A stretch of DNA of 64,000 nt. Origin: Eledone cirrhosa (lineage: Eukaryota). The notes below the pieces were generated by a model. It saw nothing but the letters and a program-made list of their open reading frames with translations. It was not told the origin of the DNA and did not search any database. Of the stretch, positions 1-13,929 are shown one piece after another. The translations under genes and the position numbers were made by a program. Positions within the stretch are counted from its first letter, which is position 1, and every line of letters begins with the position of its first letter. The stretch is from contig OZ024743.1 in the NCBI GenBank assembly GCA_964016885.1, positions 209,622,001-209,686,000 of the forward strand, given 5' to 3'.

Positions 1-44
1 CCATAAGATATACCACAGTTTACCATCCTATAGCCACAGATGAA

Positions 45-3000
45 AGCTCTTCACTCCATAAGATATACCACAGTTTACCATCCTATAGCCACAGATGAAA
101 GCTGTTCACTCCATAAGATATACCACAGTTTACCATCCTATAGCCAGATGAAAGCTCTTCACTCCATAAGATAACCACAGTTTAACATCATATAGCCACA
201 GATCAAAGCTGTTCACTCCATAAGATATACCACAGTTTACCATCCTATAGCCAGATGAAAGCTCTTCACTCCATAAGATATACCACAGTTTACCATCCTA
301 TAGCCACAGATGAAAGCTCTTCACTCCATAAGATATACCACAGTTTACCATCCTATAGCCACAGATGAAAGCTCTTCACCCCATAAGATATACCACAGTT
401 TACCATCCTATAGCCACAGATGAAAGCTCTTCACCCCATAAGATATACCACAGTTTACCATCCTATAGCCACACATGAAAGCTCTTCACCCCATAAGATA
501 TACCACACTTTACCATCCTATTGCCACAGATGAAAGCTGTTCACTCCATAAGATATACCACAGTTTACCATCCTATAGCCACACATGAAAGCTGTTCACT
601 CCATAAGATATACCACAGTTTACCATCCTATAGCCAGATGAAAGCTCTTCACTCCATAAGATATACGACAGTTTACCATCCTATAGCCACACATGAAATC
701 TCTTCACTCCATAAGATATACCTCAGTTTACCATCCTATAGCCACAAATGAAAGCTCTTCACTCCATAAGATATACCACAGTTTACCATCCTATAGCCAC
801 ACATGAACGCTCTTCACTCCATAAGATATACCACAGTTTACCATCCTATAGCCACACATGAAAGCTCTTCACTCCATAAGATATACCACAGTTTATCATC
901 CTATAGCCAGATGAAAGCTCTTCACTCCATAAGATATACCACAGTTTACCATCCTATAGCCACAGATGAAATCTGTTCACTCCATAAGATATACCACAGT
1001 TTACCATCCTATAGCCACAGATGAAAGCTGTTCACTCCATAAGATATACCACAGTCTACCATCCTATAGCCACAGATGAAAGCTCTTCACTCCATAAGAT
1101 ATACCACACTTTACCATCCTATAGCCACAGATGAAAGCTCTTCACTCCATACGATATACCACAGTTTTCCATCCTATAGCCACAGATGAAAGCTGTTCAC
1201 TCCATAAGATATACCACAGTTTACCATCCTATAGCCACACATGAAAGCTCTTCACTCCATAAGATATACCACAGTTTACCATCCTATAGCCACAGATGAA
1301 AGCTGTTCACTCCATAAGATATACGACAGTTTACCATCGTATAGCCACAGATGAAAGTTCTTCACTCCATAAGATATACCACAGTTTACCATACTATAGC
1401 CACAGATGAAAGCTGTTCACTCCATAAGATATACCACAGTTTACCATCCTATAGCCAGATGAAAGCTCTTCACTCCATAAGATATACCACAGTTTACCAT
1501 CCTATAGCCACATATGAAAGGTCTTCACTCCATAAGATATACCACACTTTACCATCCTATAGCCACAGATGAAAGCTCTTCACTCCATAAGATATACCAC
1601 AGTTTACCATCCTATAGCGACACATGAAAGCTCTTCACTCCATAAGATATACCACAGTTTACCATCCTATAGCCACACATGAAAGCTCTTCACTCCATAA
1701 GATATACCACTGTTTACCATCCTATAGCCACAGATGAAAGCTCTTCACTCCATAAGATATACCACAGTTTACCATCATATAGCCACACATGAAAGCTCTT
1801 CACTCCATAAGATATACCACAGTTTACCACCCTATGGCCACAGATGAAAGCTCTTCACTCCATAAGATATACCACAGTTTACCATCCTGTGGCCACGCCA
1901 CGGATGAAAGCTCTTCACTCCATAAGATATACCACAGTTTACAATCCTATAGCCACAGATGAAAGCTCTTCACTCCATAAGATATACCACAGTTTACCAT
2001 CCTATGGCCACAGATGAAAGCTCTTCACTCCATAAGATATACCACAGTTTACCATCCTATAGCCACAGATGAAAGCTGTTCACTCCATAAGATATACCAC
2101 AGTTTACCATCCTATAGCCACACATGAAAGCTCTTCACTCCATAAGATATACCACAGTTTACCATCCTATAACCAGATGAAAGCTCTTCACTCCATAAGA
2201 TATACCACAGTTTACCATCCTATAGCCACAGATGAAAGCTGTTCTCTCCAAAAGATATACCACAGTTTACCATTGTATAGCCAGATGAAAGCTCTTCACT
2301 CCATAAGATATACCACAGTTTACCATCCTATAGCCACAGATGAAAGCTGTTCACTCCATAAGATATACCACAGTTTACCATCCTATAGCCAGATGAAAGC
2401 ACTTCACTCCATAAGATATACCACAGTTTACCATCCTATAGCCACGCCACGGATGAAAGCTCTTCACTCCATAAGATATACCACAGTTTACCATCCTATA
2501 GCCACAGATGAAAGCTCTTCACTCCATAAGATATACCACAGTTTACCATCCTATAGCCACAGATGAAAGCTCTTTACCCCATAAGATATACCACAGTTTA
2601 CCATCCTATAGCCACACATGAAAGCTCTTCACCCCATAAGATATACCACAGTTTACCATCCTATTGCCACAGATGAAAGCTGTTCACTCCATAAGATATA
2701 CCACAGTTTACCTTCCTATAGCCAGATGAAAGCTCTTCACTCCATAAGATATACCACAGTTTACCATCCTATAGCCACAGATGAAAGCTGTTCACTCCAT
2801 AAGATATACCACAGTTTACCATCCTATAGCCACAGATGAAAGCTCTTCACTCCATAAGATATACCACAGTTTACCATCCTATAGCCACAGATGAAAGCTC
2901 TTCACTCCATAAGATATACCACAGTTTACCATCCTATAGCCACAGATGAAAGCTCTTCACTCCATAAGATATACCACAGTTTACCATCCTATGGCCACAG

Positions 3001-6000
3001 ATGAAAGCTCTTCACTCCATACGATATACCACAGTTTACCATCCTATAGCCACAGATGAAAGCTCTTCACTCCATAAGATATACCACAGTTTACCATCAT
3101 ATAGCCACACATGAAAGCTCTTCACTCCATAAGATATACCACAGTTTACCATCCTATAGCCACGCCACGGATGAAAGCTCTTCACTCCATAAGATATACC
3201 ACAGTTTACCATCCTATAGTCACACATGAAAGCTCTTCACTCCATAAGATATACCACAGTTTACCATCCTATAGCCACAGATGAAAGCTCTTCACTCCAT
3301 AAGATATACCACAGTTTACCATTTTATAGCCTCACATGAAAGCTCTTCACTCCATAAGATATACCACACTTTACCATCCTATAGCCACAGATGAAAGCTC
3401 TTCACTCCATAAGATATACCACAGTTTACCATCCTATAGCCACAGATGAAAGCTGTTCACTCCATAAGATATACCACAGTTTACCATCCTATAGCCACAC
3501 ATGAAAGCTCTTCACTCCATAAGATATACCACAGTTTACCATCCTATAGCCAGATGAAAGCTCTTCACTCCATAAGATATACCACAGTTTACCATCCTAT
3601 AGCCACAGATGAAAGCTGTTCTCTCCATAAGATATACCACAGTTTACCATTGTATAGCCAGATGAAAGCTCTTCACTCCATAAGATATACCACAGTTTAC
3701 CATCCTATAGCCACAGATGAAAGCTGTTCAATCCATAAGATATACCACAGTTTACCATCCTATAGCCAGATGAAAGCACTTCACTCCATAAGATATACCA
3801 CAGTTTACCGTCCTATAGCCACAGATGAAAGCTCTTCACTCCATAAGATATACCACAGTTTACCATCCTATAGCCACAGATGAAAGCTCTTCACTCCATA
3901 AGATATACCACAGTTTACCATCCTATAGCCACAGATGAAAGCTCTTCACTCCATAAGATATACCACAGTTTACCATCCTATAGCCACAGATGAAAGCTCT
4001 TTACCCCATAAGATATACCACAGTTTACCATCCTATAGCCACACATGAAAGCTCTTCACTCCATAAGATATACCACAGTTTACCATCCTATAGCCACAGA
4101 TGAAAGCTGTTCACTCCATAAGATATACCACAGTTTACCATCCTATAGCCAGATGAAAGCTCTTCACTCCATAAGATAACCACAGTTTAACATCATATAG
4201 CCACAGATCAAAGCTGTTCACTCCATAAGATATACCACAGTTTACCATCCTATAGCCAGATGAAAGCTCTTCACTCCATAAGATATACCACAGTTTACCA
4301 TCCTATAGCCACAGATGAAAGCTCTTCACTCCATAAGATATACCACAGTTTACCATCCTATAGCCACAGATGAAAGCTCTTCACCCCATAAGATATACCA
4401 CAGTTTACCATCCTATAGCCACAGATGAAAGCTCTTCACCCCATAAGATATACCACAGTTTACCATCCTATAGCCACACATGAAAGCTCTTCACCCCATA
4501 AGATATACCACACTTTACCATCCTATTGCCACAGATGAAAGCTGTTCACTCCATAAGATATACCACAGTTTACCATCCTATAGCCACACATGAAAGCTGT
4601 TCACTCCATAAGATATACCACAGTTTACCATCCTATAGCCAGATGAAAGCTCTTCACTCCATAAGATATACGACAGTTTACCATCCTATAGCCACACATG
4701 AAATCTCTTCACTCCATAAGATATACCTCAGTTTACCATCCTATAGCCACAAATGAAAGCTCTTCACTCCATAAGATATACCACAGTTTACCATCCTATA
4801 GCCACACATGAACGCTCTTCACTCCATAAGATATACCACAGTTTACCATCCTATAGCCACACATGAAAGCTCTTCACTCCATAAGATATACCACAGTTTA
4901 TCATCCTATAGCCAGATGAAAGCTCTTCACTCCATAAGATATACCACAGTTTACCATCCTATAGCCACAGATGAAATCTGTTCACTCCATAAGATATACC
5001 ACAGTTTACCATCCTATAGCCACAGATGAAAGCTGTTCACTCCATAAGATATACCACAGTCTACCATCCTATAGCCACAGATGAAAGCTCTTCACTCCAT
5101 AAGATATACCACACTTTACCATCCTATAGCCACAGATGAAAGCTCTTCACTCCATACGATATACCACAGTTTTCCATCCTATAGCCACAGATGAAAGCTG
5201 TTCACTCCATAAGATATACCACAGTTTACCATCCTATAGCCACACATGAAAGCTCTTCACTCCATAAGATATACCACAGTTTACCATCCTATAGCCACAG
5301 ATGAAAGCTGTTCACTCCATAAGATATACGACAGTTTACCATCGTATAGCCACAGATGAAAGTTCTTCACTCCATAAGATATACCACAGTTTACCATACT
5401 ATAGCCACAGATGAAAGCTGTTCACTCCATAAGATATACCACAGTTTACCATCCTATAGCCAGATGAAAGCTCTTCACTCCATAAGATATACCACAGTTT
5501 ACCATCCTATAGCCACATATGAAAGGTCTTCACTCCATAAGATATACCACACTTTACCATCCTATAGCCACAGATGAAAGCTCTTCACTCCATAAGATAT
5601 ACCACAGTTTACCATCCTATAGCGACACATGAAAGCTCTTCACTCCATAAGATATACCACAGTTTACCATCCTATAGCCACACATGAAAGCTCTTCACTC
5701 CATAAGATATACCACTGTTTACCATCCTATAGCCACAGATGAAAGCTCTTCACTCCATAAGATATACCACAGTTTACCATCATATAGCCACACATGAAAG
5801 CTCTTCACTCCATAAGATATACCACAGTTTACCACCCTATGGCCACAGATGAAAGCTCTTCACTCCATAAGATATACCACAGTTTACCATCCTGTGGCCA
5901 CGCCACGGATGAAAGCTCTTCACTCCATAAGATATACCACAGTTTACAATCCTATAGCCACAGATGAAAGCTCTTCACTCCATAAGATATACCACAGTTT

Positions 6001-8165
6001 ACCATCCTATGGCCACAGATGAAAGCTCTTCACTCCATAAGATATACCACAGTTTACCATCCTATAGCCACAGATGAAAGCTGTTCACTCCATAAGATAT
6101 ACCACAGTTTACCATCCTATAGCCACACATGAAAGCTCTTCACTCCATAAGATATACCACAGTTTACCATCCTATAACCAGATGAAAGCTCTTCACTCCA
6201 TAAGATATACCACAGTTTACCATCCTATAGCCACAGATGAAAGCTGTTCTCTCCAAAAGATATACCACAGTTTACCATTGTATAGCCAGATGAAAGCTCT
6301 TCACTCCATAAGATATACCACAGTTTACCATCCTATAGCCACAGATGAAAGCTGTTCACTCCATAAGATATACCACAGTTTACCATCCTATAGCCAGATG
6401 AAAGCACTTCACTCCATAAGATATACCACAGTTTACCATCCTATAGCCACGCCACGGATGAAAGCTCTTCACTCCATAAGATATACCACAGTTTACCATC
6501 CTATAGCCACAGATGAAAGCTCTTCACTCCATAAGATATACCACAGTTTACCATCCTATAGCCACAGATGAAAGCTCTTTACCCCATAAGATATACCACA
6601 GTTTACCATCCTATAGCCACACATGAAAGCTCTTCACCCCATAAGATATACCACAGTTTACCATCCTATTGCCACAGATGAAAGCTGTTCACTCCATAAG
6701 ATATACCACAGTTTACCTTCCTATAGCCAGATGAAAGCTCTTCACTCCATAAGATATACCACAGTTTACCATCCTATAGCCACAGATGAAAGCTGTTCAC
6801 TCCATAAGATATACCACAGTTTACCATCCTATAGCCACAGATGAAAGCTCTTCACTCCATAAGATATACCACAGTTTACCATCCTATAGCCACAGATGAA
6901 AGCTCTTCACTCCATAAGATATACCACAGTTTACCATCCTATAGCCACAGATGAAAGCTCTTCACTCCATAAGATATACCACAGTTTACCATCCTATGGC
7001 CACAGATGAAAGCTCTTCACTCCATAAGATATACCACAGTTTACCATCCTATAGCCACAGATGAAAGCTCTTCACTCCATAAGATATACCACAGTTTACC
7101 ATCATATAGCCACACATGAAAGCTCTTCACTCCATAAGATATACCACAGTTTACCATCCTATAGCCACGCCACGGATGAAAGCTCTTCACTCCATAAGAT
7201 ATACCACAGTTTACCATCCTATAGTCACACATGAAAGCTCTTCACTCCATAAGATATAACACAGTTTACCATCCTATAGCCAGATGAAAGCTCTTCACTC
7301 CATAAGATATACCACAGTTTACCATCCTATAGCCACAGATGAAAGCTCTTCACTCCATAAGATATACCACAGTTTACCATCCTATAGCCACAGATGAAAG
7401 CTCTTCACTCCATAAGATATACCACAGTTTACCATTTTATAGCCTCACATGAAAGCTCTTCACTCCATAAGATATACCACACTTTACCATCCTATAGCCA
7501 CAGATGAAAGCTCTTCACTCCATAAGATATACCACAGTTTACCATCCTATAGCCACAGATGAAAGCTGTTCACTCCATAAGATATACCACAGTTTACCAT
7601 CCTATAGCCACACATGAAAGCTCTTCACTCCATAAGATATACCACAGTTTACCATCCTATAGCCAGATGAAAGCTCTTCACTCCATAAGATATACCACAG
7701 TTTACCATCCTATAGCCACAGATGAAAGCTGTTCTCTCCATAAGATATACCACAGTTTACCATTGTATAGCCAGATGAAAGCTCTTCACTCCATAAGATA
7801 TACCACAGTTTACCATCCTATAGCCACAGATGAAAGCTGTTCAATCCATAAGATATACCACAGTTTACCATCCTATAGCCAGATGAAAGCACTTCACTCC
7901 ATAAGATATACCACAGTTTACCGTCCTATAGCCACAGATGAAAGCTCTTCACTCCATAAGATATACCACAGTTTAGCATCCTATAGCCACAGATGAAAGC
8001 TCTTCACTCCATAAGATATACCACAGTTTACCATCCTATAGCCACAGATGAAAGCTCTTCACTCCATAAGATATACCACAGTTTACCATCCTATAGCCAC
8101 AGATGAAAGCTCTTTACCCCATAAGATATACCACAGTTTACCATCCTATAGCCACACATGAAAGC
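45..8165 (+). repeat. Higher-order tandem duplication, about 4.0 kb unit (about 45-4050 and 4050-8165)
   Basis: Rare variants recur at offset 4005 (ATAACCACAGTTTAACATCA at 171 and 4176; identical ORFs 521/4526, 803/4808, 1351/5356, 2069/6074). The offset becomes 4113 after a 108-bp (53+55) indel near 7250 (ORFs 3446/7559). Confidence 0.95.
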
Positions 8166-11100
8166 TCTTCACCCCATAAGATATACCACAGTTTACCATC
8201 CTATTGCCACAGATGAAAGCTGTTCACTCCATAAGATATACCACAGTTTACCTTCCTATAGCCAGATGAAAGCTCTTCACTCCATAAGATATACCACAGT
8301 TTACCATCCTATAGCCACAGATGAAAGCTGTTCACTCCATAAGATATACCACAGTTTACCATCCTATAGCCACAGATGAAAGCTCTTCACTCCATAAGAT
8401 ATACCACAGTTTACCATCCTATAGCCACAGATGAAAGCTCTTCACTCCATAAGATATACCACAGTTTACCATCCTATAGCCACAGATGAATGCTCTTCAC
8501 TCCATAAGATATACCACATTTTACCATCCTATAGCCACAGATGAAAGCTCTTCACTCCATAAGATATACCACAGTTTACCATCCTATAGCCACAGATGAA
8601 AGCTCTTCACTCCATAAGATATACAACAGTTTACCATCCTATAGCCACAGATGAAAGCTCTTCACCCCATAAGATATACCACAGTTTACCATCCTATAGC
8701 CACACATGAAAGCTCTTCACCCCATAAGATATACCACAGTTTACCATCCTATTGCCACAGATGAAAGCTGTTCACTCCATAAGATATACCACAGTTTACC
8801 ATCCTATAGCCACACATGAAAGCTCTTCACTCCATAAGATATACCACAGTTTACCATCCTATAGCCACACATGAAATCTCTTCACTCCATAAGATATACC
8901 ACAGTTTACCATCCTATGGCCACAGATGAAAGCTCTTCACTCCATAAGATATACCAAAGTTTACCACCCTATGGCCACAGATGAAAGCTCTTCACTCCAT
9001 AACATATACCACAGTTTACCATCATATAGCCACACATGAAAGCTCTTCACTCCATAAGATATACCACAGTTTACCATCCTATACCCACAGATGAAAGCTC
9101 TTCACTCCATAAGATATACCACAGTTTACCATCCTATAGCCACAGATGAAAGCTCTTCACTCCATAAGATATACCACACTTTACCATCCTATAGCCACAG
9201 ATGAAAGCTCTTCACTCCATAAGATATACCACAGTTTACCATCCTATAGCCACAGATGAAAGCCCTTCACCCCATAAGATATACCACAGTTTACCATCCT
9301 ATAGCCACACATGAAAGCTCTTCACCCCATAAGATATACCACAGTTTACCATCATATTGCCACAGATGAAAGCTGTTCACTCCATAAGATATACCACAGT
9401 TTACCATCCTATAGCCACACATGAAAGCTGTTCACTCCATAAGATATACCACAGTTTACCATCCTATAGCCAGATGAAAGCTCTTCACTCCATAAGATAT
9501 ACCACAGTTTACCATCCTATAGCCACATATGAAAGGTCTTCACTCCATAAGATATACCACACTTTACCATCCTATAGCCACAGATGAAAGCTCTTCACTC
9601 CATAAGATATACCACAGTTTACCATCCTATAGCGACACATGAAAGCTCTTCACTCCATAAGATATACCACAGTTTACCATCCTATAGCCACACATGAAAG
9701 CTCTTCACTCCATAAGATATACCACTGTTTACCATCCTATAGCCACAGATGAAAGCTCTTCACTCCATAAGATATACCACAGTTTACCATCATATAGCCA
9801 CACATGAAAGCTCTTCACTCCATAAGATATACCACAGTTTACCACCCTATGGCCACAGATGAAAGCTCTTCACTCCATAAGATATACCACAGTTTACCAT
9901 CCTGTGGCCACGCCACGGATGAAAGCTCTTCACTCCATAAGATATACCACAGTTTACAATCCTATAGCCACAGATGAAAGCTCTTCACTCCATAAGATAT
10001 ACCACAGTTTACCATCCTATGGCCACAGATGAAAGCTCTTCACTCCATAAGATATACCACAGTTTACCATCCTATAGCCACAGATGAAAGCTGTTCACTC
10101 CATAAGATATACCACAGTTTACCATCCTATAGCCACACATGAAAGCTCTTCACTCCATAAGATATACCACAGTTTACCATCCTATAACCAGATGAAAGCT
10201 CTTCACTCCATAAGATATACCACAGTTTACCATCCTATAGCCACAGATGAAAGCTGTTCTCTCCAAAAGATATACCACAGTTTACCATTGTATAGCCAGA
10301 TGAAAGCTCTTCACTCCATAAGATATACCACAGTTTACCATCCTATAGCCACAGATGAAAGCTGTTCACTCCATAAGATATACCACAGTTTACCATCCTA
10401 TAGCCAGATGAAAGCTCTTCACTCCATAAGATATACCACAGTTTACCATCCTATAGCCACAGATGAAAGCTCTTCACTCCATAAGATATACCACAGTTTA
10501 CCATCCTATAGCCACAGATGAAAGCTCTTTACCCCATAAGATATACCACAGTTTACCATCCTATAGCCACACATGAAAGCTCTTCACCCCATAAGATATA
10601 CCACAGTTTACCATCCTATTGCCACAGATGAAAGCTGTTCACTCCATAAGATATACCACAGTTTACCTTCCTATAGCCAGATGAAAGCTCTTCACTCCAT
10701 AAGATATACCACAGTTTACCATCCTATAGCCACAGATGAAAGCTGTTCACTCCATAAGATATACCACAGTTTACCATCCTATAGCCACAGATGAAAGCTC
10801 TTCACTCCATAAGATATACCACAGTTTACCATCCTATAGCCACAGATGAAAGCTCTTCACTCCATAAGATATACCACAGTTTACCATCCTATAGCCACAG
10901 ATGAAAGCTCTTCACTCCATAAGATATACCACAGTTTACCATCCTATGGCCACAGATGAAAGCTCTTCACTCCATAAGATATACCACAGTTTACCATCCT
11001 ATAGCCACAGATGAAAGCTCTTCACTCCATAAGATATACCACAGTTTACCATCATATAGCCACACATGAAAGCTCTTCACTCCATAAGATATACCACAGT

Positions 11101-13370
11101 TTACCATCCTATAGCCACGCCACGGATGAAAGCTCTTCACTCCATAAGATATACCACAGTTTACCATCCTATAGTCACACATGAAAGCTCTTCACTCCAT
11201 AAGATATAACACAGTTTACCATCCTATAGCCAGATGAAAGCTCTTCACTCCATAAGATATACCACAGTTTACCATCCTATAGCCACAGATGAAAGCTCTT
11301 CACTCCATAAGATATACCACAGTTTACCATCCTATAGCCACAGATGAAAGCTCTTCACTCCATAAGATATACCACAGTTTACCATTGTATAGCCTCACAT
11401 GAAAGCTCTTCACTCCATAAGATATACCACACTTTACCATCCTATAGCCACAGATGAAAGCTCTTCACTCCATAAGATATACCACAGTTTACCATCCTAT
11501 AGCCACAGATGAAAGCTGTTCACTCCATAAGATATACCACAGTTTACCATCCTATAGCCACACATGAAAGCTCTTCACTCCATAAGATATACCACAGTTT
11601 ACCATCCTATAGCCAGATGAAAGCTCTTCACTCCATAAGATATACCACAGTTTACCATCCTATAGCCACAGATGAAAGCTGTTCTCTCCATAAGATATAC
11701 CACAGTTTACCATTGTATAGCCAGATGAAAGCTCTTCACTCCATAAGATATACCACAGTTTACCATCCTATAGCCACAGATGAAAGCTGTTCAATCCATA
11801 AGATATACCACAGTTTACCATCCTATAGCCAGATGAAAGCACTTCACTCCATAAGATATACCACAGTTTACCGTCCTATAGCCACAGATGAAAGCTCTTC
11901 ACTCCATAAGATATACCACAGTTTACCATCCTATAGCCACAGATGAAAGCTCTTCACTCCATAAGATATACCACAGTTTACCATCCTATAGCCACAGATG
12001 AAAGCTCTTCACTCCATAAGATATACCACAGTTTACCATCCTATAGCCACAGATGAAAGCTCTTTACCCCATAAGATATACCACAGTTTACCATCCTATA
12101 GCCACACATGAAAGCTCTTCACCCCATAAGATATACCACAGTTTACCATCCTATTGCCACAGATGAAAGCTGTTCACTCCATAAGATATACCACAGTTTA
12201 CCTTCCTATAGCCAGATTAAAGCTCTTCACTCCATAAGATATACCACAGTTTACCATCCTATAGCCACAGATGAAAGCTGTTCACTCCATAAGATATACC
12301 ACAGTTTACCATCCTATAGCCACAGATGAAAGCTCTTCACTCCATAAGATATACCACAGTTTACCATCCTATAGCCACAGATGAAAGCTCTTCACTCCAT
12401 AAGATATACCACAGTTTACCATCCTATAGCCACAGATGAATGCTCTTCACTCCATAAGATATACCACATTTTACCATCCTATAGCCACAGATGAAAGCTC
12501 TTCACTCCATAAGATATACCACAGTTTACCATCCTATAGCCACAGATGAAAGCCCTTCACTCCATAAGATATACAACAGTTTACCATCCTATAGCCACAG
12601 ATGAAAGCTCTTCACCCCATAAGATATACCACAGTTTACCATCCTATAGCCACACATGAAAGCTCTTCACCCCATAAGATATACCACAGTTTACCATCCT
12701 ATTGCCACAGATGAAAGCTGTTCACTCCATAAGATATACCACAGTTTACCATCCTATAGCCACACATGAAAGCTCTTCACTCCATAAGATATACCACAGT
12801 TTACCATCCTATAGCCACACATGAAATCTCTTCACTCCATAAGATATACCACAGTTTACCATCCTATGGCCACAGATGAAAGCTCTTCACTCCATAAGAT
12901 ATACCAAAGTTTACCACCCTATGGCCACAGATGAAAGCTCTTCACTCCATAACATATACCACAGTTTACCATCATATAGCCACACATGAAAGCTCTTCAC
13001 TCCATAAGATATACCACAGTTTACCATCCTATACCCACAGATGAAAGCTCTTCACTCCATAAGATATACCACAGTTTACCATCCTATAGCCACAGATGAA
13101 AGCTCTTCACTCCATAAGATATACCACAGTTTACCATCCTATAGCCACAGATGAAAGCTCTTCACTCCATAAGATATACCACAGTTTACCATCCTATAGC
13201 CACAGATGAAAGCCCTTCACCCCATAAGATATACCACAGTTTACCATCCTATAGCCACACATGAAAGCTCTTCACCCCATAAGATATACCACAGTTTACC
13301 ATCATATTGCCACAGATGAAAGCTGTTCACTCCATAAGATATACCACAGTTTACCATCCTATAGCCACAC
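5411..13370 (+). repeat. Higher-order tandem duplication, about 4.0 kb unit in a shifted register (about 5411-9420 and 9421-13370)
   Basis: Offset is 4010 (AGCCACATATGAAAGG at 5511/9521; ORFs 6074/10084), then 3950 after one 60-bp monomer is missing (6623/10573, 7559/11509, 8158/12108, 9357/13307). Confidence 0.95.
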
Positions 13371-13929
13371 ATGAAAGCTCTTCACTCCATAAGATATACC
13401 ACAGTTTACCATCCTATAGCCAGATGAAAGCTCTTCACTCCATAAGATATACGACAGTTTACCATCCTATAGCCACACATGAAATCTCTTCACTCCATAA
13501 GATATACCTCAGTTTACCATCCTATAGCCAGAGGAAAGCTCTTCACTCCATAAGATATACCACAGTTTACCATCCTATAGCCACAGATGAAATCTGTTCA
13601 CTCCATAAGATATACCACAGTTTACCATCCTATAGACACAGATGAAAGCTGTTCACTCCATAAGATATACCACAGTTTACCATCCTATAGCCACAGATGA
13701 AAGCTCTTCACTCCATAAGATATACCACACTTTACCATCCTATAGCCACAGATGAAAGCTCTTCACTCCATAAGATATACCACTGTTTACCATCCTATAG
13801 CCACTGATGAAAGCTCTTCACTCCATAAGATGTGCCACAGTTTACCATCATATAGCCACACATGAAGGCTCTTCACTCCATAAGATATACCACAGTTTAC
13901 CATCCTATAGTCACACATGAAAGCTCTTC

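Noticed and set aside
42-52. Heat-shock element (GAA...TTC)
   Set aside because: Spacing is GAA-N5-TTC, not the canonical nGAAnnTTCn.
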